A DNA stretch of 27,737 nt from Oligoflexia bacterium. Lineage in GTDB: Bacteria > Bdellovibrionota > Bdellovibrionia > JABDDW01. The position numbers and the translations under genes are program-made. How positions within the stretch are numbered: the first letter of the stretch is position 1; the number at the start of each line of letters is the position of its first letter. Shown here piece after piece: positions 1-8,310 of this stretch. Location: assembly GCA_043732305.1 (NCBI GenBank), contig JAYTHU010000164.1, positions 1 to 27,737 of the forward strand, given 5' to 3'. Under the pieces are notes generated by a model. It was not told the origin of the DNA and made no database searches. It worked only from the letters and a program-made list of their open reading frames with translations.

Positions 1-216
1 CATCCAGATTTAGAGGAAATCTATGGCACAAAATTTTTACCACCTGAAGTTTATGAAAATAATGGCGAGGTTTTTTCAAATGCCATGGGTACTACGCCCG
101 AGCATTGTCGGCAGATTTCAAATGCCATAATTTATAGAGGGTCTCTTCCATTAGCTGAAACCGCCGTCACAAATTTAAAGCAATTTGAAGGGTATTATCG
201 ATCTTACTGTAAATAG
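1..216 (+). CDS. 3' end of a hypothetical protein running in from the left edge (partial)
   Basis: Frame 1 is open from base 1 (HPDLEEIYGTKFLPPEVY...YYRSYCK) to TAG at 214-216. No family recognised. Confidence 0.55.
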   Translation, partial: HPDLEEIYGTKFLPPEVYENNGEVFSNAMGTTPEHCRQISNAIIYRGSLPLAETAVTNLKQFEGYYRSYCK

Positions 217-802
217 ACCGTCGACAATCTTGGCAAAGAGCATAGGACAGTGACGTTCACAGACGCAAGCCCCGGATATATGTGATTGATCTTGACGCAC
301 ACCTCTACCCTTACATGATTCGCCTTCCTCGAGGCTTAGAGCCAAAGGCTGATGACTTTTTTAACGGAATCTTCCATTTTTTAAGAAGCCTTGACCGGTC
401 ATTCCTAGGTCTTAAGGAACTTGAAAAAGAAACAGTACTTGATGCCTCCGACCATCCAACAGACTTGACAATACTAATTGGCTTTAATCTGAGGGCTTTG
501 TTGAACTTGGGGAAATAAAAATAGAATTGATGATCAGGAATCAATTACCTCTTCGACCATTTCCGTTCCTGAATGCTTTTTTCTCTGGGGGAGACATTTT
601 TTGTTTCTGAGGCAGTTTTCAGCGAAATTTCAAGATCTGACTGCGGCACAATCAACGCCGAGGATGACGTAATAAACTGCTAACTGAAATATCCATGTAA
701 GTTTTCTACGGTATTTGAAACGATTTTATCTCCTAGTCTTTTTTATAATGCTTTGGGAAAACGCATGGTACAACAAATTTTATTTTTAACAGGAGTGTCT
801 TT

Positions 803-1576
803 ATGAAAAAAAGTGCATTGGCAATTTCCATATTTTTTCTCAGTATTTGTTCCTTCGCCGCCTCAGAAAAGAGTCAAGAAATCCCAAATGTGCAAGCATT
901 TAAAGACGCCTATGATTTCATAAATTGGTTTAATCAAAATAAGAAGGACTCCGCCGTTGCATACTCCAAACTAGGCGTCAATGAGCTAAATTTTGATGGG
1001 ATGATTATTTACCCCCTTTCTGATGACCAACATGGCGCTGAATATTATGGCTTTTGCGAAGGATATGGTGCTACGAGAGAAGATAAAGATAACAAACGTG
1101 CCACAAAGTTAAAAGCTCTTTCGGTACAGGAAATATCAGAACTAGTACGCACTGGGGTTCAAAATTACCACACAATGAACCAAAATGAGATTATAAATAT
1201 ACCAGAAGAAGCGCAGGCTTATCGCAATGGTTTGGGTATGATAACGTTGCCTTCATTCACTTACAAAATGAAAAAAGCATTTCACGCTGTGCGTGCCGGA
1301 ATCGACGAGGTTGCCGTAGTGACGGAAGTCATTAAAGCAGGTCAGAGTATGTATGGTTACTTCAACGACGAGTTTATTTTGGTTTATCGTTCAAAAAATA
1401 CCGCCGCTATTTTAGGCTTCGATCTTTTTGCAATCTCCAAAAATAAAGCGCCAGGATTTCCTAAATATGAGCTTTCATCAAATGCTACGGAATTACAGAA
1501 AGCGATCTTTGAGACTCAAAAAGTAACTGCGTTTATCCGATGTATGTTGCCGCCAAGACCTTCGCTCGTTTTTTAA
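803..1576 (+). CDS. Secreted hypothetical protein (257 aa)
   Basis: Strong SD (ACAGGAG) upstream. Sec signal peptide MKKSALAISIFFLSICSFA. Long clean ORF. Confidence 0.85.
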   Translation: MKKSALAISIFFLSICSFAASEKSQEIPNVQAFKDAYDFINWFNQNKKDSAVAYSKLGVNELNFDGMIIYPLSDDQHGAEYYGFCEGYGATREDKDNKRATKLKALSVQEISELVRTGVQNYHTMNQNEIINIPEEAQAYRNGLGMITLPSFTYKMKKAFHAVRAGIDEVAVVTEVIKAGQSMYGYFNDEFILVYRSKNTAAILGFDLFAISKNKAPGFPKYELSSNATELQKAIFETQKVTAFIRCMLPPRPSLVF

Positions 1577-1753
1577 TTCTTGCGACTGGCTTTTGCTCTA
1601 AGCAATAATCAATCGACTGAGGCTTCTCCTATATGAATATGAAAGACTCGATATCTGACCGTAGGAGTATCTGACTCGCTTTAAGTCCTGCCTCCAATGT
1701 CTATAAAATCAGGTCATTTGATGGTTGCAGTTCGATGCGAAACTAGAACTTGA

Positions 1754-3142
1754 ATGAGAAAAATTATTACATTTTTATTTGTGTTTTCTATGACAATCAC
1801 CTCCTTTGCGGAGGATCAAAAAAAATATTGCAGTGATATCTATGGTGTTTCTTGTGCGCCCGGCGATACAAAGGATTTAACAGGCAGCGCTGGCAATGGC
1901 GTTAAACAGTCCGATATAGATACTACAATTAAAGATGCGCTTCCATCTGTGACCGATGCATTCAGGAAGAAGCTGCAAGACCCTGATCAAAAATATTTTA
2001 AAAAAATAGCGATGGATGTACTGGATTACTCAAATAGTCCTGAGTGCCAGTTCAAAGACAGCAAAAATATAGAGTTATGTGATCAAAAAGTGGCGGGGGG
2101 CTTGTCTAATATGGCCGCCGCAAATATTTCAAAAATGAGCAGCTTCAAGAATAAATTAAAGGCTTCGTTAGAAGACGTTAGTTTATTGCAAAATAATTCT
2201 AATTTTAGAGAAATTCTCACCGGTTTGAAAGACGACCTGGCCATTAAATTCAAAAATAAAGACCTCGAAAAGAGGGTTAAGACGGATCTATTTCCTGAAG
2301 CAAAGCAGCTCTTGATTTCAAAAATCTAAAGTATGGAAATTGATGACAAGTCTAAAGATTTTATGATTTCAAAGATAAAATCTATTCATTATCGTGGTGA
2401 CGACTGTGACGACAATACGGGTAGTCATGGACGTATTTCTATCGATTCAGACCTGGTTCCAAACGCATTTTATAAGCCTGAAACAAACGACTTTTATGTC
2501 TGTAATGGCTTACTATTGGCTGGGCAAAGTGATTTCCATTTAATATTTGTCATGGTTCATGAGCTTTCGCACAGTATTGATCCCTGCGGACTTCAGTTCG
2601 CCACCTCAGGAGAAAATATAAATTATGATAAAAAAAGTATTGATCGAGCAGAGTCGCAGTATCCAATTCGAAATTTAATAAAATGCTTAAGGACAAGCGA
2701 CTCAGTTGAGGCCAAAAGAGATGAGGGCAAATTTGCGGCTATGTATCGAAGGGTATTTGGACAAGATCGAAAGACATTTTGTAACGGAGATCAAATTGGG
2801 GAAAGTATTGCCGATTGGTTTGGAGCCAGTGCTGTTGGCTCGTATATGCAAAAAATTTCGCCTCAAATATCACCTGATGAGGCACTAAAGGGAATCTCAA
2901 ACGTATGGAAGCCTTAGTGTGGTGATCGCGGGCACATCGAGTCTGAAGATAATGAATTTGATGTGCATCCTAAATCTAGAGATAGAATCAACAAAGTACT
3001 TCTCGTGGAGCCCAATATTAGACAATTCCTGGGGTGTGCAAATTCTCAACCTCCGGCAGGTTATTGTGATGGCGCAAATGAAAAAGCTTCGAGAGGCGTG
3101 CGGGGCAAAGTTTCACCGGAACAAGTTAGGACTGTAAGATGA
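1754..3142 (+). pseudogene. Secreted M13 (neprilysin-like) zinc metallopeptidase interrupted by two in-frame stop codons
   Basis: One continuous frame: signal peptide, then CSDIYGVSC (M13 N-terminal CxDFYxxAC-like), TAA 2327-2329, NAFY, HELSH (HExxH), GESIAD (GENIAD-like), TAG 2915-2917, then HPKSRDRINKVLLVEPNIRQFLGC (M13 C-terminal HxPxxxR...FxC-like). Ends at TGA 3140-3142, overlapping the next ATG (ATGA). Confidence 0.85.
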
Positions 3143-3525
3143 AAAATATCCTATTTATATGTACTCTCATTTTCTGTGGCTTAGCCCGTGCCGATAAGTA
3201 TGAAGTGCTTGTACAATTTGGCGACAAACGGACGGATTATAAAATAGATTTAGGTGATAACGGTGGGACTATTTCTGAATCTGGTATTGAAAATAAAACG
3301 CCCCTAAAGATTAATTTAAAAGACTCACTGTTTCTAAATACACAAATTTCCGCAGTTTTTAGTAACAAATCAAATGACAAAAATTTTTGCTCCAATAGTT
3401 ACGTTGCCACTTTTGATATTCAAAAAGACTCGCAACGCCTTGCTTGCATTAAATCCAAAACGGAAATATCAAAAGCTGCCACTCAATTGTCCAACTCATT
3501 AGTTTCGGCTTTTAGATTTTTTTGA
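3139..3525 (+). CDS. Small secreted hypothetical protein (128 aa), translationally coupled to the peptidase gene
   Basis: Signal peptide MKNILFICTLIFCGLARA. ATGA overlap with the reconstructed peptidase stop. Two Cys in the mature part. Confidence 0.8.
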   Translation: MKNILFICTLIFCGLARADKYEVLVQFGDKRTDYKIDLGDNGGTISESGIENKTPLKINLKDSLFLNTQISAVFSNKSNDKNFCSNSYVATFDIQKDSQRLACIKSKTEISKAATQLSNSLVSAFRFF

Positions 3526-3572
3526 TCTTTTCAGAAATTATTTTCCCATTAGAACTTACCACAAAACCACAA

Positions 3573-4160
3573 CTATTCAGTTGGCGCCGAACTTGGCAGT
3601 CGCGTGATTTGGTTCAAAGGTTTCACGATTTTATAAGTGATGTATCTGTTTTGGTAGCAGTCGCGCAATTCGTTCTGCAATCGTGCGAAGCGTGCGCTCT
3701 TTATTTCGTCGGACGTGATTAGTGGACGCAGGGATGTGAGAGTGTCGACCACTTCGAATCCTGCCGAGTTATCTTTGATTTCTCTTTTTGCTTCATACCA
3801 CGGAGACGTTATGTTGCACTCCGCGAGCTCTTTACCAATCACTGAAATGTTGTGTCGATTGACTGTTTTTTTTGTAATTCCAGGTTGTCCCACAAACAGA
3901 TCGGACTCGCGGTCCTTTGTTTCCAGATCCATCAAGTCTGCGACCTCTTGGTCCAAAGGCAATGGTCTAGCCAAGCCAAGAGATGTTCTTATGGGCTCAC
4001 TCTTTTGCTTCGCCCAGAATCCGAGGCGTAACTTTTCATACACTATTCTGGAAGTCAAATCATAAGGATCAACTTTAGAATCCAGTATGGAAACGTATCT
4101 AGTATTTGACTCAAGAATTATCTTGTCTATGGATTGTTTGGATAGGCACTGATACAGCAA
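3573..4160 (-). pseudogene. Probably 5'-truncated hypothetical protein (C-terminal 195 aa)
   Basis: Long protein-like ORF with only a TTG start, no SD, and an in-frame TAA three codons upstream that lies inside the recombinase remnant. Ends ...RLPSSAPTE. Confidence 0.55.
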
Positions 4161-4451
4161 CTTGGATTACGTTGCGAGTCTAAAAAAGGTCGCTCTACTA
4201 GAGCCGATAACTACCAGGCGCCGAATCCTCTCTTTGGATATAAAGTTCTTGCAGGAAAGCTAAAGACAGATCCGAGTGAAGTTAAAATCTGTAACCTAAT
4301 CGTGACCCTGGCCCGTGATAAAAAACTTTCATGTACGGCCATTGCACAAGAACTCAACCGATTGGGCAAGTCGACCCGGCGAGGTGGAAAAGCCAAGTGG
4401 CACCACCAAGTCGTGAAACAAGTTTACGAACGCTGGAATAATAAACTTTAA
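4146..4451 (+). pseudogene. Startless fragment of a large-serine-recombinase 'Recombinase' DNA-binding domain protein
   Basis: Not in the ORF track. Translates to ...PNPLFGYKVLAGKLKTDPSEVKICNLIVTLARDKKLSCTAIAQELNRLGKSTRRGGKAKWHHQVVKQVYERWNNKL*, matching the PxGY...E...IAxxLNxxGxxTRxGxxW pattern. Preceded by in-frame TAG 4143-4145. Confidence 0.75.
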
Positions 4452-4692
4452 AAACAAGGAGAAAACCATGAACTTTCAAGGCGCACTAACATCACTGGCA
4501 CAGGCTTTCATAATTTTTATTTAGGATGTCTCAGCATTGGCCGACCTGATATTCCAATGAAGCTCGTGACCGAACTTCGGGTCAAGGCCCTTCAGGGTAC
4601 GATGACGAACTGGGGGTGTCCTTCAGCATTTAACAAAGATGCCTGTCGCATCTATAGCTCACGAAGATATCGTTAAATTTTGTTTTCCATAT

Positions 4693-5709
4693 TCACCTTG
4701 CCAAATATTTTTCTATAAAAGGACTGATCACACGAAGATATTTGGGGACAGATGGGTTTTCATATATAAATTCAAACAGATTTTTTCTTACCATTTGATC
4801 TGATGGAAGCAAAATTAGGGCTTTCTCCCAAACTTCCTTTGCTTCTTTGTATTTTTTGAGGCAGTAATATGCAGTGCCAAGATTGTTATAGGTTTCATTT
4901 AAATGGAACCTATCCTCCTTGGGATAGTTTTCGATCGCTGTTTGATAAAATACAATGGCCTTGTCATATTCTTCATCGGCAACAGCTTCAATTCCCAAAA
5001 TATAGTTCGCACGCGGATGCTTTGGATTGAGTTGAATCGCTTCACCCAACAAGAGGTTGCATTTTTTCATGTCAAAGAAAGACCAGCTAATGGCATAACG
5101 GCAAACGATCTCAGCCGTACGGCCTGCTTTTTCTTCCGCTTGTTTCATAAAACGAAGGGCCTCGTTTAGGTCACCTTCCTCGGCGGCACACATGGCAAAT
5201 ACGATATCCTTGAAGGTCTTCTGGCAGCAAAACTTAAATTTCTTACCAGAGGCGCATGGACAAAGAGAGTAGCTTTCTGGGACGAAAGCCGCCAACTCTT
5301 CTTGTTCAATCTTGGAAAATGGTGGGGGCTCTGATGCTCTTTTTTTGAATTGGCCAAAGGAGTCTTTGAGCGATTGTACAAATGGCTGTAAATCCTTTGC
5401 AGTCATTTCTTTGTGCGGAATCTCTAGGCCTTTGCAAATCGCCTGGAAGGCGTCGGCGAATGGATCTTTTTTTAGCAAAAGAATTTGTTTGGGCCAGGTG
5501 CCAGCTTTTGAATGAGCAGTTTTTAAAATACCGTCGATTCTTGATAAGTCTGGCAAATCGACTGAAACTTCCTGACCGAAGCAAAAACCTGAATAAGCGT
5601 CGACCAATACATAAACATTGCAGCTACCATCTTGAATGGTTTCGATCTCTTCCCGGTGAAGAATCCAAGCGTCATTGGGTTTTGTAAAATCCAAGGATGG
5701 TTTTATCAT
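4693..5709 (-). CDS. SEC-C motif + tetratricopeptide repeat protein with an N-terminal domain of unknown function (338 aa)
   Basis: CPCASGKKFKFCC (SEC-C). TPR signatures ANYILG...YDKAIVFYQTAIE and YNNLGTAYYCLKKYKEAKEVWEKALILLP. ATGA overlap with the upstream gene. Confidence 0.85.
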   Translation of the reverse strand: MIKPSLDFTKPNDAWILHREEIETIQDGSCNVYVLVDAYSGFCFGQEVSVDLPDLSRIDGILKTAHSKAGTWPKQILLLKKDPFADAFQAICKGLEIPHKEMTAKDLQPFVQSLKDSFGQFKKRASEPPPFSKIEQEELAAFVPESYSLCPCASGKKFKFCCQKTFKDIVFAMCAAEEGDLNEALRFMKQAEEKAGRTAEIVCRYAISWSFFDMKKCNLLLGEAIQLNPKHPRANYILGIEAVADEEYDKAIVFYQTAIENYPKEDRFHLNETYNNLGTAYYCLKKYKEAKEVWEKALILLPSDQMVRKNLFEFIYENPSVPKYLRVISPFIEKYLAR

Positions 5710-6176
5710 TTAGTTCTGCCTTTTTCTGCCAACCATTTCTCAATGTTTTCAAGCGAGCAGGTCCAAGAAAACCCCTCTTCAAATTTCTCCTGCATTTCTG
5801 TTCCCTTTAGTAACGAGTATTCAGCAATTTCCCGGGCCAAAAGGACATTCCCAGTTTTTTCCAATTCTTCAATCCTTAACAAAATCTCGTCCAAAATTAT
5901 TTCGTAGCCGTCCTCTGGGTAGCGTACAAGTTCAGGAACATGAATTGCGTAGTCGAGCGCATCGGTTACTTGGGAGATGTCGCTAGTGGAGTTTTGAATT
6001 GCCAAAGAAACTAAGAGTACTTTATTCAGGACAATATCGGTTTCTGCACGTACCGATAATATATTTACAAGTTTATCAACACCAAGAGTTGGAAGTCTAT
6101 CAAGAAAATCCCTCATGTCATATGGCTGGCTGGGACCGCGATTTCTGTTCATGTATCTTCTTCTCTCCGATGGCAA
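5706..6176 (-). CDS. Hypothetical alpha-helical protein (156 aa), resembling DUF6880 / SWIM-associated helical region
   Basis: SD AAGGGA before TTG. Sits between rhuM and the TPR gene with tight spacing. The family resemblance is by eye only. Confidence 0.7.
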   Translation of the reverse strand: MPSERRRYMNRNRGPSQPYDMRDFLDRLPTLGVDKLVNILSVRAETDIVLNKVLLVSLAIQNSTSDISQVTDALDYAIHVPELVRYPEDGYEIILDEILLRIEELEKTGNVLLAREIAEYSLLKGTEMQEKFEEGFSWTCSLENIEKWLAEKGRTK

Positions 6177-6196
6177 ATCAGTTCCCTTGGTTAAAT

Positions 6197-7231
6197 CTAT
6201 CTTTTCTTTGGCTTCTTCACGGTGATTTTCTTGGCAAGCTTGTCAAAATCATTTGTCGATTCGACAGCCTCAATGTGATGACGTTGTTTCTCGAATTTTT
6301 CAAATTCTTCCTCGGCATGTTCAAGAGCCAACTGGTGAGATATTTTTCCAGCATGAACAAGAATATTTTTCTCATTGAATCGCAAGAAACCATCTAATTT
6401 GCTAACCCAATCAGCCATGTGCATTGGTTTACGACTCTGAGCCTGGTCTTCGGCATAGTCCAGATACATGGTTACAATTCGATTGAGTGCTGCAAGCTCT
6501 TCTTCTTTTAAATAATTTTTTGCAATCGACACATCCGGTTTGCGAACTGGCCCGTGCGGGGAATTCTTCCAAGTGGTTAGTCCCATATTTTTCTTTGTGG
6601 CATCAGCCCGAGACTTTATCACTTCGGCGGCAGTTTGTCCGTGAGTTGCCCAGTGAAGTTTGTTTTGAACCGTTGCATAGAACTCCTGGGTGATTTCGGC
6701 TTTACCATTGTAATCAATGCTGGTGGCATAAATGTCAGTGACCTTCTGATAAAACCGACGTTCGGAAGCCCGAATGTCACGGATGCGAAGCAGGAGTTCG
6801 TCAAAATAATCTCGGCCTATGGATTTGCCTTCTTTTAGCCTGTCATCATCCATAACAAAGCCCTTCACTAATAGCTCTTGCAATTGAGTGGTCGCCCATT
6901 GCCTGAACTGCGTCCCGCGAGGACTTCTAACACGATAACCAACGGCTAAAATTGCTTCGAGGTTGTAGTGCTTTAGATTGCGATTTACTTGTCTTTTTCC
7001 CTCGTGGCGAACTTGTAAGTATTCCTTACAAGTTGCCTCTTCAATAAGTTCACCCTCTTCATAGATAGCCTTTAGGTGGATTGTAATGTTTTGTGGAGTC
7101 GTTTGAAAAAGCTCGGAGATAGAAGCCTGGGTGAGCCAAACACTGTTACCTTCAAATCGGACTTGGATTTTAGTTTGTCCAACGTTTGACTGAAATAAAA
7201 TGATCTCGCCTTTAGAGATTGGATCACTCAT
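6197..7231 (-). CDS. rhuM: Virulence RhuM family protein (344 aa)
   Basis: Hallmark motifs VWLTQ...ELFQ, HYNLEAILAVGYRVRSPRGTQFRQWAT, KGFVMDDDRLK, YFDELLLRIRDIRASERRFYQKVTDIYA, QNKLHWATHGQTAAE. SD AAAGGA. Confidence 0.93.
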   Translation of the reverse strand: MSDPISKGEIILFQSNVGQTKIQVRFEGNSVWLTQASISELFQTTPQNITIHLKAIYEEGELIEEATCKEYLQVRHEGKRQVNRNLKHYNLEAILAVGYRVRSPRGTQFRQWATTQLQELLVKGFVMDDDRLKEGKSIGRDYFDELLLRIRDIRASERRFYQKVTDIYATSIDYNGKAEITQEFYATVQNKLHWATHGQTAAEVIKSRADATKKNMGLTTWKNSPHGPVRKPDVSIAKNYLKEEELAALNRIVTMYLDYAEDQAQSRKPMHMADWVSKLDGFLRFNEKNILVHAGKISHQLALEHAEEEFEKFEKQRHHIEAVESTNDFDKLAKKITVKKPKKR

Positions 7232-7287
7232 GGCATCGTCCTTTCTGCAGAAATATTGAAGACTATAAGATGATCTAGGTCAGTAGC

Positions 7288-7675
7288 TCAAATGAAACTT
7301 TCTTCTTTTTTATAGCTCCTCCAAGTCCTCTCCAACGTCGAGTGCCTAGTCCAAGTGTTTGCGCATTGTTTTGGTGAGAGGTCGCTTGAAGTTACCTGAT
7401 TCAATGATTCGAAAGACAAACTGTTGCTCGTCAAAAATTGCAGGGATTGACTTCCAACGATCTTCAATGGGTAGAGCTATTATTTTCGTCTGGAAAACCC
7501 ATAAAATATTTTTGCCATCAGAGTCTTTTTCAAATCTCAACATTTCTGGATTATTCAAATTGTCAATTTCTTGCGGCCTCAAGCCTAGCCAAACGGAAAT
7601 ATACAGCCAATTGAGATTTGCTTGATTGAGTTTGGATGCCACCTTTAAAAGATCCTCGGGCGCCAGCGGTAGGGA
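7288..7675 (-). pseudogene. Tyrosine recombinase/integrase catalytic-domain remnant
   Basis: SLPLAPEDLLKVASKLNQANLNWLYISVWLGLRPQEIDNL (box I, LGxRxxE). After a frame break at about 7350 comes HSTLERTWRSY (GHxxxxxTxxY, catalytic Tyr). N-terminus and HxxR region are missing. Confidence 0.75.
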
Positions 7676-7722
7676 ACAAAAAGTGGCAAGAGTTCATCCG
7701 GATGGAATGGTTGTTCATAAGC

Positions 7723-7926
7723 CCAGAGGGCTTGCTGCTGCAGTTCGATGGAAGTCCTCACCGTTGGAATGGCAAAGATGTTTGGTGCCTCATAGGAGCC
7801 ATTGACGACGCCACAAGTAAGATGCCTTACGCAGAATTTTTTCTTGCCGAAGACACTCTCAACTGCATGACGGTGATGCAAAGAATAATTGAGAAAAATG
7901 GAATTCCATTCTCTCTCTATGTTGAT
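7723..7926 (+). mobile_element. Internal fragment of an IS1202/ISNCY-type DDE transposase
   Basis: EGLLLQFDGSPHRW...CLIGAIDDATSK...AEFFLAED...IEKNGIPFSLYVD carries the first two catalytic Asp motifs. No HTH, no third (E) motif and no terminal IRs seen. Confidence 0.8.
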
Positions 7927-8028
7927 TGCGAGTTTATTGGTAAAACAGTTGTCATAGCGGCATCCTTTTTCTGGTCATTTTGACCGGTTGGTTTTGCACC
8001 AAAAGGTTATGCCGCTATATTTCTCTTT

Positions 8029-8262
8029 TCAAGCCATCCACAACTTTCCGAAATATCTCTCTATGGGAACTTCTATATATTCTGTTGGTACTGGTTCCAA
8101 TGATTTCTCTAAACCATTGTTAGCATTTAGTTCCGCCGTGATAAAAACTCGAGTTGCCCAGGGAAGATTAGCTTCGGCTGATTCACCATAGACTCGGCAG
8201 GATGAAATCAGCTGAAAAGCAAAGATGAAAAAAAATGTAATTATCTTTTGCTCTCTAGACAT
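8029..8262 (-). pseudogene. Short, probably truncated exported protein
   Basis: SD-like AGGTGA and an N-terminal hydrophobic signal-like segment. Stops after 77 aa, close to the IS fragment. Confidence 0.45.
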
Positions 8263-8310
8263 TCCAGTTTCACCTATTTCTAATATGCTAGATTATAAAA
8301 TCTAAAAATT

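Noticed and set aside
282..690. ORFs 282-518 (+) and 311-544 (-)
   Set aside because: No SD, no recognisable motif, mutually antisense. May be gene debris but cannot be supported.
1645..1680. Short direct repeats TATCTGAC and GACTCG in the intergenic region
   Set aside because: Only 6-8 bp with two copies each, compatible with chance.
2919..3137. 72-aa ORF from the track
   Set aside because: Wrong frame. The adjacent frame encodes the M13 peptidase C-terminal motifs.
4181..4210. sigma28-like TAAA...GCCGATAA
   Set aside because: Spacing is 18 rather than about 15, and it lies within the recombinase coding remnant.
4525..4690. Short hairpins on + (CATTGG/CCAATG, TGACC/GGTCA) and a possible TIR-like start (DIFVSYR) on - after ATG 4690
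   Set aside because: Stems are only 5-6 bp, and the coding interpretation needs several frameshifts or stops. Neither an ncRNA/oriT nor a TIR pseudogene can be supported.
7636..7983. 115-aa ORF as an intact gene
   Set aside because: Chimeric: its start is the antisense of the integrase remnant and only 7723-7926 is transposase-like.
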